NCBI GenBank assembly: GCA_018971365.1
Contig: JAGXAZ010000001.1
Coordinates: 1 to 43,862, forward strand
Length of the DNA stretch: 43,862 nucleotides
Direction: 5' to 3'
Source: Gammaproteobacteria bacterium
Lineage (GTDB): Bacteria > Pseudomonadota > Gammaproteobacteria > Natronospirales > REEB76
The notes under the pieces are model-generated. The model saw only the letters and a program-made list of their open reading frames with translations, was not told the DNA's origin and did no database searches. Positions 29,674 through 38,109 of the stretch are shown here, piece by piece (the first letter of the stretch is position 1; every line of letters starts with the position of its first letter). The translations under genes were made by a program, and so were the position numbers.

Positions 29674-30771
29674 TTAAAGGGGCGGACTCGAAGATCCGCT
29701 GACGGGTGGCTCTGCGGGCATCGGATGTTCGGGCGGATCCTGCAGGCGGACCCGGCTCAACGGTAGGCTCTGCGGATAGCGCGCTTGCAGAAACGTGATG
29801 AGCTGTTCGCGCACCAGGCAGCGCAGATCCCAGGCATCGCCGCTATTCGCGGCACTCATAAGCGCCCGCAGTTCCATGGTCTGCGCCGTGGCATTCGTCA
29901 CCTGCAGTCCCCATGCCTTGCGGTCCCACTGTTTGCTGGCTTCGAGTATCCGCAGCAGCTCGCGTCGCACGGGCTCGACCGGCAGGGTGTAATCCGCGTA
30001 CAGATACACCGTCCCCAGGAGATCCGCGCTATGCCGCGTCCAGTTCTGGAACGGTTGCTCGATGAAGTACGAGAGCGGCACGATCAGCCGGCGTTCATCC
30101 CAGATGCGTACCACCACATACGTGGTACGGATTTCTTCAATACGCCCCCACTCTCCCTGAACGATCACCACATCGTCCAGGCGGATGGGCTCGGTGAGTG
30201 CAACCTGCAGGCCGGCGAGCAAGTTGGTGATGGCCGGACGCGCCGCGAGGCCCACGACGAGGCCGGCCGCGCCCGCGGAAGCAAACAACGTGGCGCCCAG
30301 GGTGCGCACCCCGGGAAACGTCATGAGCATCGCGGCGAGCGCCAGCACGGCGATCAACGTCACGACAATGCGGCGGATAATCTGCACCTGGGTGCGCAGC
30401 TGGCGGGCGCGCAGGTTGTCGGCGGTATCGAGCGGGTGGCGCCGCGCCAGTACCTCGCGCCAGATGTCGAAGCAGGCGACGCAGAACCAAGCGCCGGTTC
30501 CGATAGCGGTGAGTTCGAGGACGTGTGCCAGGATGGTCATCGGCCGCGCCGCGAGCGGCAGGGTCAGCAACACCAAGCGTGCCGCGATCGCGGGAGCAAG
30601 CCAACGCACGGGTCGCCGCAAACCCTGGCGGGCGACGGCCAGAATTGGACCCGGCATACGGCCGAGCAATTTGAAGCTGATCTCCGAGGCCAACATCACC
30701 ACCGCCACGGTCAGCAACAGACTGACCAGCGATACGAGCCATCCGGGGAGTGCCTGCATGATTTGCAGCAT
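29674..30771 (-). CDS. Small-conductance mechanosensitive channel (MscS family)
   Basis: N-terminal TM segments followed by the MscS core LLAGLQVALTEPIRLDDVVIVQGEWGRIEEIRTTYVVVRIWDERRLIVPLSYFIEQPFQNWT. ATG 30771 lies 2 nt after the upstream stop. Confidence 0.88.
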   Translation of the reverse strand: MLQIMQALPGWLVSLVSLLLTVAVVMLASEISFKLLGRMPGPILAVARQGLRRPVRWLAPAIAARLVLLTLPLAARPMTILAHVLELTAIGTGAWFCVACFDIWREVLARRHPLDTADNLRARQLRTQVQIIRRIVVTLIAVLALAAMLMTFPGVRTLGATLFASAGAAGLVVGLAARPAITNLLAGLQVALTEPIRLDDVVIVQGEWGRIEEIRTTYVVVRIWDERRLIVPLSYFIEQPFQNWTRHSADLLGTVYLYADYTLPVEPVRRELLRILEASKQWDRKAWGLQVTNATAQTMELRALMSAANSGDAWDLRCLVREQLITFLQARYPQSLPLSRVRLQDPPEHPMPAEPPVSGSSSPPL

Positions 30772-30773
30772 GG

Positions 30774-31295
30774 TCACCGGTCTCCAGTAAATGCCAGCCC
30801 ATGAAGCGCGGCAAACGGGTCCGTTACCAGCCAAGTGGGTATGTTCTCAAAGTAGGTGCTCCACGCACCCTGGTGCACAGAGACCGCGCGAAACCGCGAC
30901 TCCCAGTGTTGCGCAGCGAGTCCTTGCAGCACGCCGCCTGCGAGATACACGCTTCTCCGCGCATTGAAGGTGAGAGCGAGATCGCCCGCAACGCCCCCCG
31001 GCTGTGTGGGGAAGATGCCCAGTGCCCCGTGCGCTCCGGCCACGCGGCCGGCCGCGCGTTCCACGATAGGCTCCGGCGGGAGCGGGGCTTCGGCCGGCGA
31101 ACAGGCGCCATAAAGTCGCTGTAGTCCCGGTCCCGAATACAGGTCCTCGATGCCGAGGCGGACCTCCCGGCCGGCGAGCCTTTGCAGGTTGCGTCGCGGC
31201 TCCGGCTCATCCGCAGCCAGCGTTGCGTGTCTGCCCGCGCGCGCCACTGCGAGTCGCATATGGGGGCCAGCTGCGCCGCCCACCAGCACGCTCAT
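30774..31295 (-). CDS. Glucokinase-like remnant (173 aa, internally deleted, ATP motif degenerate)
   Basis: Blocks align to Glk: LVGGAAGPHMRLAV (versus LVGDVGGTNARLAL), SGPGLQRLYGA, GDLALTFNARRSVYLAGGV and FENIPTWLVTD. About 150 residues between blocks 1 and 2 are missing. The frame is intact, with an ATGA overlap with otsA. Confidence 0.65.
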   Translation of the reverse strand: MSVLVGGAAGPHMRLAVARAGRHATLAADEPEPRRNLQRLAGREVRLGIEDLYSGPGLQRLYGACSPAEAPLPPEPIVERAAGRVAGAHGALGIFPTQPGGVAGDLALTFNARRSVYLAGGVLQGLAAQHWESRFRAVSVHQGAWSTYFENIPTWLVTDPFAALHGLAFTGDR

Positions 31296-32671
31296 GCGCC
31301 CGCGCCTTCCGCCAGCGCGTGCACGAATGCCTGCGCCCAGTGATGGATGTCGTAATCGCGCAGCACTTTCATCATGGCCGACCAGCGCTCGCGGCGCTCC
31401 TCCACCGGCATGCTGAGCGCTTGGGCCAGACCCTCCGCGACCTGTTCCCCATCGTAGGGATTCACGATCAGCGCGTCCTTGAGTTCCTGCGCGGCACCCG
31501 CCAATGACGACAGCACCAGCACGCCGGGATCGTGAGCCGGCTGCGCGGCCACGAACTCCTTGGCCACAAGGTTCATCCCGTCGCGCAGCGGCGTCACCAG
31601 GCCGACGCGCGCCAGGGAAAGAAATCCCATGATCGTCCTACGGGGAAATCCGCGGGTCATGTAGCGCAGCGGCAGCCAGTCGTAGTCGGCGTAGCGTCCG
31701 TGAAGGTCACCGGCGATGGCATTAAGTTCGCGGCGGATGCTGTCGTACTCGGGCACCTCGGTACGCGAAAGCGGTGCGATCTGGAACAGCACCACCTGGC
31801 GGCGGAAAGCCGGCCAGTGTTCCAACAACTGTCCATAGGCACGGAAACGATCCGGCAGGCCCTTGCTGTAATCGAGCCGGTCCACGCCGATGATGAGCTG
31901 TCTGCCGGTGAGGCTCGCCTCCAGGCGTTTGCCGTGCAGCCCGCTGCGCCCGCGCTCCGCCAACTGCGCTACTTCGTCCACGTCAATGCCGATGGGGAAG
32001 GGCAGCACCCTCACCCGCCGGCCGCCGTAACTCACCGCGCGTTCCTCCACCCGCGCCTCCGGCACGCACAGCCGCACCGCGCCCAGAAACGCATCACAGT
32101 CAAATATCGTCTGGAAACCGAGCAGGTCATAGGCCAGCAGTGCGCGCACCAGCTCCCGGTGCGGCGGCAAGGCGCGCAATGTGCACGGACACGGGAAAGG
32201 AACGTGCAGGAAGAATCCCAGGGGCGACCGGACTCCAGCTTGCCGCAGCCGCTCGCCCAGGGCCAGCAGATGGTAATCGTGCACCCAGATGAGCGGCGCG
32301 TCGCTCAGCAACGGCAGCAGTTGCTGCGCAAAACGCGCGTTGGTGTTCAGATAGGTCTGATATTCGCGGCGCTTGAAGCGCAGCAGGTTGAGACGCGAAT
32401 GGCACAGCGGCCACAGGCAGCGGTTGGCAAAGCCCACGTAGTATTCATCGTATTCGCGGCGCGTAAGCGGCACGGTCGCGTAGTTCACCGCTTCGTTGCT
32501 GAGCAGTGCCGGGGGCGAGTCCGCGGTTTCCGCTACGCGGCCGTTCCAGCCGAACCACAGTCCGCCGCGTTCCTCCAGTGCGCGTGCCAGTCCCGTGGCC
32601 AGTCCGCCCTCAGCGCTGCCGCGCTTGCCGGGCAGCGCCACGCGATTCGATACCACCACCAGCCGGTTCAA
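31292..32671 (-). CDS. otsA: Trehalose-6-phosphate synthase
   Basis: (M)NRLVVVSNRVALPGKRGSAEGGLATGL...GGLWFGWNG matches the E. coli OtsA N-terminus MSRLVVVSNRIA. The proposed TTG start at 32671 overlaps the upstream TGA (TTGA). The tracked ORF start at 32755 would overlap the upstream gene by 88 nt. Confidence 0.9.
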   Translation of the reverse strand: MNRLVVVSNRVALPGKRGSAEGGLATGLARALEERGGLWFGWNGRVAETADSPPALLSNEAVNYATVPLTRREYDEYYVGFANRCLWPLCHSRLNLLRFKRREYQTYLNTNARFAQQLLPLLSDAPLIWVHDYHLLALGERLRQAGVRSPLGFFLHVPFPCPCTLRALPPHRELVRALLAYDLLGFQTIFDCDAFLGAVRLCVPEARVEERAVSYGGRRVRVLPFPIGIDVDEVAQLAERGRSGLHGKRLEASLTGRQLIIGVDRLDYSKGLPDRFRAYGQLLEHWPAFRRQVVLFQIAPLSRTEVPEYDSIRRELNAIAGDLHGRYADYDWLPLRYMTRGFPRRTIMGFLSLARVGLVTPLRDGMNLVAKEFVAAQPAHDPGVLVLSSLAGAAQELKDALIVNPYDGEQVAEGLAQALSMPVEERRERWSAMMKVLRDYDIHHWAQAFVHALAEGAGA

Positions 32672-33291
32672 AAGGCCTCCCCCCGGGAGGTGCTCAGGCG
32701 CAGCGCCGGCTGGAAGATGCCGAGCATGCTGTAGGTCTGCGGGAAATTGCCCCAAAGCTCGCCGTTCGACGGGTCAATATGCTCGGACAAGAGCCCGAGG
32801 TGCGGGCGGTGCCCAGGCATTTTTTCGATGACAGCGCGGGCTTCGTCGCGCCGGCCGAGTGCGGCGAGCGCGAGGCACCTGGCAATATGCGCCAGCCGGT
32901 CGCAGGCCGCCCGGCACATCACGCTTGAATACGTGCTCACGCTTTGCACGTCGCGGCGCTCCCACAGTCCGGCGTCCGGTTGGTGGTACAGGTCGAGGGC
33001 GATGTCGCCGTGGATTTCCAGCCGGCGGAACAGCACCTCGTCACCGGGCTGCTCGATGCGCGTATCGAAAAACCGCTGGGCAGCGGCCAGCACCACCGCG
33101 CCGTAGACGTCATGTTGGTGCTGCTTGGACGCGTCGTTGCCGACACGCACCGGGACGCTGCCGCGAAAGCCGTTGAAGGACGCGAGGCTGCGCTCCGCGG
33201 GTTGCGTGCCGCACCACACCACCTCGGCGTGCTCGTCCAGCAGCGCGCAAAATCCGCCGTTGCCGATGAGGCCGAGTTCCAGACTGTTCAT
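32668..33291 (-). CDS. GH15 (glucoamylase/trehalase-like) remnant, 207 aa
   Basis: MNSLELGLIGNGGFCALLD..VVW, then directly FNGFRGSVPVRVGNDASKQHQHDVYG, LWERRD...TYSSVMC...CDR and GLLSEHIDPSNGELWGNFPQTYSM. These are GH15 signature blocks that normally spread over about 600 aa. ATG 33291 overlaps the otsB stop (TAATG). Confidence 0.65.
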   Translation of the reverse strand: MNSLELGLIGNGGFCALLDEHAEVVWCGTQPAERSLASFNGFRGSVPVRVGNDASKQHQHDVYGAVVLAAAQRFFDTRIEQPGDEVLFRRLEIHGDIALDLYHQPDAGLWERRDVQSVSTYSSVMCRAACDRLAHIARCLALAALGRRDEARAVIEKMPGHRPHLGLLSEHIDPSNGELWGNFPQTYSMLGIFQPALRLSTSRGEAF

Positions 33292-34061
33292 TAGGTGATG
33301 GCCTGCGACGCTGGAGTGTGCGCCAGCGCGGCCAGCCAGGCGCACATTGCATGCGGGTCGGCCAGCCGGTAGCGTGCGTTGCTCGCGCCGTCTCCCACCT
33401 TGATGCTGCAGCCGCCCAGTGCATTGATGAACCGGAAACCATCCTCGTCGGTAGCGTCATCGCCCGCGAACAGCGGCAGGCGTCCCGCAAACGGCGGCGC
33501 GTCCAGCATGCGGCGAATCGCGGTGTCTTTGCCGCACCCGGCCGGACGTACTTCGAGCACGCACTTGCCGCGTTGCAGCGTAAGCGTTGGGTGCACCGCG
33601 AGTGCCGCCGCCAGCGCCGCCTCAAGGTCGCGTGCACGCTCGGGCGCGCGCCGGAAATGCACGGCAAGCGTCAGACCCTTGTCTTCGAGCAGCAGGCGTG
33701 CATCGCCGGCGGCGAGCTCCAGTACCTGCGGGCGAAGGTCATCGAGTTCCTCGAGATGCACACTGTGTCTGCCGGTAGCGCCCGCGGCATCACGCCATTC
33801 CGCCCCATGTTGACCGGCGGCGGCAAATATATGCGGTGCGAACAGGCGGTCCATTTCCTCGAGCGGCCGTCCGCTTACGAGCGCCAAGGCTCCGTCGAGC
33901 AGTGCGCGCAGGCGCTCCAGCAATGCGCCGGTGTTGGCGTCAGCGTGCACATCGGCAGGTGCCGCGGCCAGGGGCAACAGTGTACCGTCCACATCGAGGA
34001 ACAGCGCGAGATGCGTCGGGTCGTCAGGCAGACTTTGCAAAGTGGCTTGCAATACGCACAC
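33291..34061 (-). CDS. otsB: Trehalose-6-phosphate phosphatase
   Basis: HAD motif I LFLDVDGTLLPL, ALVSGRP, and a C-terminal FAGDDATDEDGF, in the first position of the ots cluster. The start is probably GTG 34061. Confidence 0.88.
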   Translation of the reverse strand: MCVLQATLQSLPDDPTHLALFLDVDGTLLPLAAAPADVHADANTGALLERLRALLDGALALVSGRPLEEMDRLFAPHIFAAAGQHGAEWRDAAGATGRHSVHLEELDDLRPQVLELAAGDARLLLEDKGLTLAVHFRRAPERARDLEAALAAALAVHPTLTLQRGKCVLEVRPAGCGKDTAIRRMLDAPPFAGRLPLFAGDDATDEDGFRFINALGGCSIKVGDGASNARYRLADPHAMCAWLAALAHTPASQAIT

Positions 34062-34175
34062 CGGCGGAGAGTTTGTTTAAGGAGCGATCCGCCACCCGCA
34101 CGGTGCGGCAGACACAGGCATTATGCGGGCGGAATCAGGTGATTGCAAAAAACGGCGACTTCGGTCCTGCACATT

Positions 34176-34985
34176 TCAGCTCCGCAAACCCACGCCGCGG
34201 TTGAGCAGCCACAGGCTGATGCAGAACAGCCCCAGGATGAACAGCAGGATGATGGCGTAGGCGGTGCCGATGCCGATGTCCGATACCCCGAGGATGCCGT
34301 AGCGAAAGGCGCTCACCATGTAGAGGATGGGATCGAGCCTGGAGACGTTCTGCCAGAACACCGGCAGCAGGTGGATGGAATAAAACACTCCGCCGAGATA
34401 GGTGAGCGGCGTGAGGATGAAGGTGGGAATGATGGTCACATCGTCGAATTTTTTCGCGTAGATCGCATTGATAAGCCCGCCCAGGGAAAACAGCACGGCG
34501 GTGAGGATCACGACCGAGACGGTGATCAGCGGATGCACGAGGTGCAGGCGCGTGAAGAACAGCGCGATGATGGTGATGAGGACGGCCACCAGGATGCCGC
34601 GCACCACGCCGCCCATCATGTAACCCAGGATGATCAGGTAATTAGGCAGCGGCGAGACCTGCAATTCCTCGATGTAGTGGCCGAACTTGGAGCCGAAGAA
34701 CGAGGACACCACGTTCACGTAGGAATTGTTGATCACCGACATCATGATGAGACCGGGGGCGATGTAGGCCATGTAGCTGTAGCCGCCCATCTCCCCCACG
34801 CGGCGGCCGATCAGGCCGCCGAAGATGATGAAGTACAGGGTCATGCTGATGGCCGGCGGCACCAGCGTCTGGATCCAGATGCGCAGCACGCGCACCACTT
34901 CCTTGATGACGATGGTCTGGAAGCCGATGTAATTCGCGCGCAGGCGTGAAGCGCCGATGTTTTCTGCCAGTTGTGATGCCGTCAT
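34176..34985 (-). CDS. yadH: ABC-2 transporter permease YadH-like
   Basis: LRIWIQTLVPPAISMTLYFIIFGGLIGRRVGEMGGYSYMAYIAPGLIMMSVINNSYVNVVSSFFGSKF... is closely collinear with E. coli YadH. ATG 34985 is chosen because the upstream part of the tracked ORF is a translated REP element. Confidence 0.85.
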   Translation of the reverse strand: MTASQLAENIGASRLRANYIGFQTIVIKEVVRVLRIWIQTLVPPAISMTLYFIIFGGLIGRRVGEMGGYSYMAYIAPGLIMMSVINNSYVNVVSSFFGSKFGHYIEELQVSPLPNYLIILGYMMGGVVRGILVAVLITIIALFFTRLHLVHPLITVSVVILTAVLFSLGGLINAIYAKKFDDVTIIPTFILTPLTYLGGVFYSIHLLPVFWQNVSRLDPILYMVSAFRYGILGVSDIGIGTAYAIILLFILGLFCISLWLLNRGVGLRS

Positions 34986-35053
34986 TTCGCCCCTGCCTTC
35001 GGTGCACTTTCCAATGGAGCAACCGTCGCCTTCGCGCTTCCAAAGCGGATGGA

Positions 35054-35079
35054 TCGCGGCGAATATCGCCGCTCCCACA
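35054..35079 (-). repeat. REP-like palindromic element, copy 2
   Basis: TCGCGGCGAATATCGCCGCTCCCACA lies between the yadG stop and the yadH start and is identical to copy 1. Confidence 0.8.
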
Positions 35080-35087
35080 ATATTTAT

Positions 35088-36002
35088 TCAGCCCTTGCCT
35101 TCCACCAGGCGCACGAACAGTTCCTCCAGGCGGTTAACCTTGTTGCGCATGCTCAGTACCTGGACATCGTCCTTCGACAGCAACTCGAAGAGTCCATTGA
35201 TGTTCTGTGATTTGCTTACTTCCACTTCGAGCGTGGTGTCGTCCACTTGGGTGACGGCATACCCGTCCAGCGGCGGCAGCTGGGCGAGCGGCTTGCGCAG
35301 ATTGAGCACGAAGGTTTCGGTGCGCAGCTTTTCCAGCAGCTCGCGGGTACGGCCCTGCACGATGATCTCGCCGTGGTCGATGATGGCCACACGCCGGCAC
35401 AGATTCTCGGCTTCTTCGAGGTAATGCGTGGTGAGGATGATGGTGATGCCTTCCTTGTTGATCTTTTTCAGGAAATCCCACATGGAGCGGCGGATTTCGA
35501 TGTCCACGCCCGCAGTGGGCTCGTCGAGGATCAGGAGTCTGGGTTCGTGCACCAGCGCGCGCGCGATCATCAGGCGCCGTTTCATGCCGCCCGACAAATT
35601 GCGGGAAATGTCGTCACGCTTGTCCCACAGCGAAAGCTGCTTGAGGTATTTTTCGGCGCGCTGCTTGGCGAGCTTGCGGGGAATGCCGTAAAAACCCGCC
35701 TGGTTCACCACGATGTCGAAGGGTTTTTCGAACTGGTTGAAATTAATTTCCTGCGGCACCAGACCGATGCAGGACTTGGCCCGGTCCATGTGGGTGTCGA
35801 TGTCGTAATCGAACACCTTGACCGTGCCCGAGGTCTTGTTCACCAGCGAGGTGACGATGCCGATGGTGGTGGTCTTGCCGGCGCCGTTCGGACCGAGCAA
35901 CGCGGTGAACTCGCCCTCGGCTACGTCAAAATCAATGCCCTTGAGCGCAACCACGCCGTTTTTGTAGGTTTTGGCGAGACCGTGAATGCTGAGCGCTTGC
36001 AT
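35088..36002 (-). CDS. yadG: ABC transporter ATP-binding protein YadG-like
   Basis: MQALSIHGLAKTYKNGVVALKGIDFDVAEGEFTALLGPNGAGKTTT...LSGGMKRRLMIARALVHEPRLLILDEPTAGVD. The tracked ORF starts 27 codons earlier. Confidence 0.88.
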   Translation of the reverse strand: MQALSIHGLAKTYKNGVVALKGIDFDVAEGEFTALLGPNGAGKTTTIGIVTSLVNKTSGTVKVFDYDIDTHMDRAKSCIGLVPQEINFNQFEKPFDIVVNQAGFYGIPRKLAKQRAEKYLKQLSLWDKRDDISRNLSGGMKRRLMIARALVHEPRLLILDEPTAGVDIEIRRSMWDFLKKINKEGITIILTTHYLEEAENLCRRVAIIDHGEIIVQGRTRELLEKLRTETFVLNLRKPLAQLPPLDGYAVTQVDDTTLEVEVSKSQNINGLFELLSKDDVQVLSMRNKVNRLEELFVRLVEGKG

Positions 36003-36160
36003 AACCGGTGAACGTGAAAAACCGCGGAAATCCGCGGTCTGATGGGGCGCAATCATAACATGCGCAAACCTGCACTTCGGCACGCGACGCCGCGGCCAGC
36101 GCCTGTAGTGCCGGGCCTGCGCGCGATTCTATGGCATAGTGCCGGCATGCGGGAAACGGC

Positions 36161-36652
36161 ATGAATCTGCGGCAACACAAGCTGGTGCAGCTCACGCTGG
36201 TGCTCTTGAGCGAGGGCATGACGCCGCACAAGCTCGCGCTCACGCTGGCGTTGGGCCTGCTGCTCGGGGCCATTCCGGTGCTCGGTACCACCACCGTGCT
36301 GTGCGCGCTGGCGGCGGTGGTTTTCCGCCTTAACCTGCCGTTGATCGAGGCTGTGCAGTTCCTGGCCTATCCGCTGCAACTGCTGTTGCTGATTCCCTTC
36401 ATGCAGGCGGGCCAGTGGATTTTCCGCCAGCCGCCGCTGCCGTTCACGCGCGTTGAACTCCTGGCATTGCTGCATTCCGGTTGGCGGTACGCCATCGAAC
36501 AACTATGGCTGTTCAGCCTGCACGGCGTGGTGGCGTGGTTACTGTTGGGCGGCGCCGGCGCGCTGCTTGTTTATGTGGTCGTGCGTCCGATTCTCGGCTA
36601 TACGCTGGGCCGCCGGCAGGCCGGGCACAAGCCTGCACCTAACGGATCGTGA
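36161..36652 (+). CDS. DUF2062 membrane protein
   Basis: GMTPHKLALTLALGLLLGAIPVLGTTTVLCALAAVVFRLNLPLIEAVQFLAYPLQ matches the DUF2062 pattern. Confidence 0.7.
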   Translation: MNLRQHKLVQLTLVLLSEGMTPHKLALTLALGLLLGAIPVLGTTTVLCALAAVVFRLNLPLIEAVQFLAYPLQLLLLIPFMQAGQWIFRQPPLPFTRVELLALLHSGWRYAIEQLWLFSLHGVVAWLLLGGAGALLVYVVVRPILGYTLGRRQAGHKPAPNGS

Positions 36653-37082
36653 ACCGCTCGCCGGGTTTTAGGCCGAGCTTTTTTGCCATACCGGCGTTGA
36701 GTTCCAGCACGTATTGGGCCGGTGCGGCACTCGTGTATGTGGGGCATTGTTCGGTTTTGCAGGGCGGGGTGTCGGCTGATACGTTGATGAGCCGCTGGTG
36801 GGCGTCAAAAAAAATGATGTCGAGCGGAATCAGCGTGTTCTTCATCCAGAAGTAACGCGGCTGCGCATCGGAATACACGAACAGCATGCCGTGGTTCGCC
36901 GCCATGTGGGTGCGGAACATCAGGCCGCGTTCGCGCATCGCGTCGGTATTGGCTATTTCCACCGTGAAACGGTGACCGGCAAGCGTTACTTGCTGCGTGA
37001 CGGGTAATGCTGCACGCACCGCGACGGCAGGCAGCCAAGTGAAAATCAACAGTGTTAAGAGCAGAGAGGTACGTTTTAGCAT
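36639..37082 (-). CDS. DUF192 (COG1430) secreted protein
   Basis: Signal peptide MLKRTSLLLTLLIFTWLPAVAVRA, followed by EIANTDAMRERGLMFR...GMLFVY...FWMKNTLIPLDIIFFD. ATG 37082 has an AAGGAG RBS. Confidence 0.8.
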   Translation of the reverse strand: MLKRTSLLLTLLIFTWLPAVAVRAALPVTQQVTLAGHRFTVEIANTDAMRERGLMFRTHMAANHGMLFVYSDAQPRYFWMKNTLIPLDIIFFDAHQRLINVSADTPPCKTEQCPTYTSAAPAQYVLELNAGMAKKLGLKPGERFTIR

Positions 37083-37093
37083 CGTAAGCTCCT

Positions 37094-38089
37094 TCAATTG
37101 CCTGCTGCAGAATTTGCGGGCTCGCAAACCCATGCGTGGAAAGGATGGATTACGCCGGAGCGGTCAATCGCGTGTAGCTCGGCCTTTTGACATTGTGGCT
37201 TGGGAACAGGCCAGCTTGTGCAGCCACTGCCAACCCCCGGCTCAGCTCCCCCGAGTATGACGGGCGGTGGCGAGTTGTCGAAAGGACCATATCCTGCGGC
37301 TTCGCGCGCTAGCTGCAACTGATTATACAAATCCGCAGCATGCTCACAGGCTTGAGCGCGTTCCGTTGGCGTCCATTTAAGCCCATAGCCATATTGGCGC
37401 TCCAGATCCGCCGAATAAAACGGGGGATCGGTTATTCCGGTCCGCATTTGCCATACCAGGTCCCAGGCGTAAGCATTGATTATCGCTTGTTGCTTTGCGG
37501 CTGCCGTAGACGGCACCCGCAGGATGTAATGTACATAAAGTTTGTTATTCAGCCCCCGTTTTATGACGCGGCGCGCATCGTGATATCTTTGCCACCACAT
37601 GTAGTAATCCATGAGCGCGCAGGTCGAACCCTGTATTGCGGCTTGCCAAAGTATTTGTTTGGCTTCGTCTCTACCATCATTTGATGGATTGTAAACAAGC
37701 CGAAAGCCCAATGAGGTCATGGCAGTCAGGTTGTCATTGAGCGCCTGTTGCCGCAGGGTATTTATTGGTTCTTGGATTCCTTCGGCGTTTTCGACGGGAT
37801 TGCAGCCGCGCGCGCTCATCCAGTCATTCAACTTACGTTCCAATATGGCGGTATCTGTTACATTGATTTGTAAGACTTTCGACTCGGCATGCGAGCTAGG
37901 AACAGCACCACCGATTGATAACGGCGGTTGGGTGGCGGTTGGTTTTGCTTGCGCAGGCATTGAGGTGTCTGGGAGCGCTGGAATATAAACGACTGACTCT
38001 GACGCGTGTTGCCTGTTGATGCTCCAAACCACGATTGCAACCACAATTATCAGCATGAGTGCAGTCAACAGGATTACTGATTTGCGCAT
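37094..38089 (-). CDS. Membrane-anchored protein with a Sel1-like repeat, encoded on a low-GC insert
   Basis: 331 aa with an N-terminal TM segment SVILLTALMLIIVVAIVVW and a Pro/Ala linker. The stretch LNDNLTAMTSLGFRLVYNPSNDGRDEAKQILWQAAIQGSTCALMDY resembles a Sel1 repeat, and the tail is Cys-containing. GC is about 45-53%, against about 65% in the flanks. Confidence 0.6.
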   Translation of the reverse strand: MRKSVILLTALMLIIVVAIVVWSINRQHASESVVYIPALPDTSMPAQAKPTATQPPLSIGGAVPSSHAESKVLQINVTDTAILERKLNDWMSARGCNPVENAEGIQEPINTLRQQALNDNLTAMTSLGFRLVYNPSNDGRDEAKQILWQAAIQGSTCALMDYYMWWQRYHDARRVIKRGLNNKLYVHYILRVPSTAAAKQQAIINAYAWDLVWQMRTGITDPPFYSADLERQYGYGLKWTPTERAQACEHAADLYNQLQLAREAAGYGPFDNSPPPVILGGAEPGVGSGCTSWPVPKPQCQKAELHAIDRSGVIHPFHAWVCEPANSAAGN

Positions 38090-38109
38090 ATGCTTTCGCT
38101 CTTAACACT

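Noticed and set aside
31532-32734. 400-aa plus-strand ORF
   Set aside because: It is antisense to otsA, which has clear homology. It shows no motifs and has the Arg/Gln/Ala-rich composition of a shadow ORF.
36639-36652. 14-nt 3'-3' overlap of the DUF2062 and DUF192 genes, and the similar 9-nt overlap at 26300-26308, as possible regulatory antisense arrangements
   Set aside because: Short convergent overlaps are common in compact high-GC genomes. Nothing else in the sequence supports a special function.
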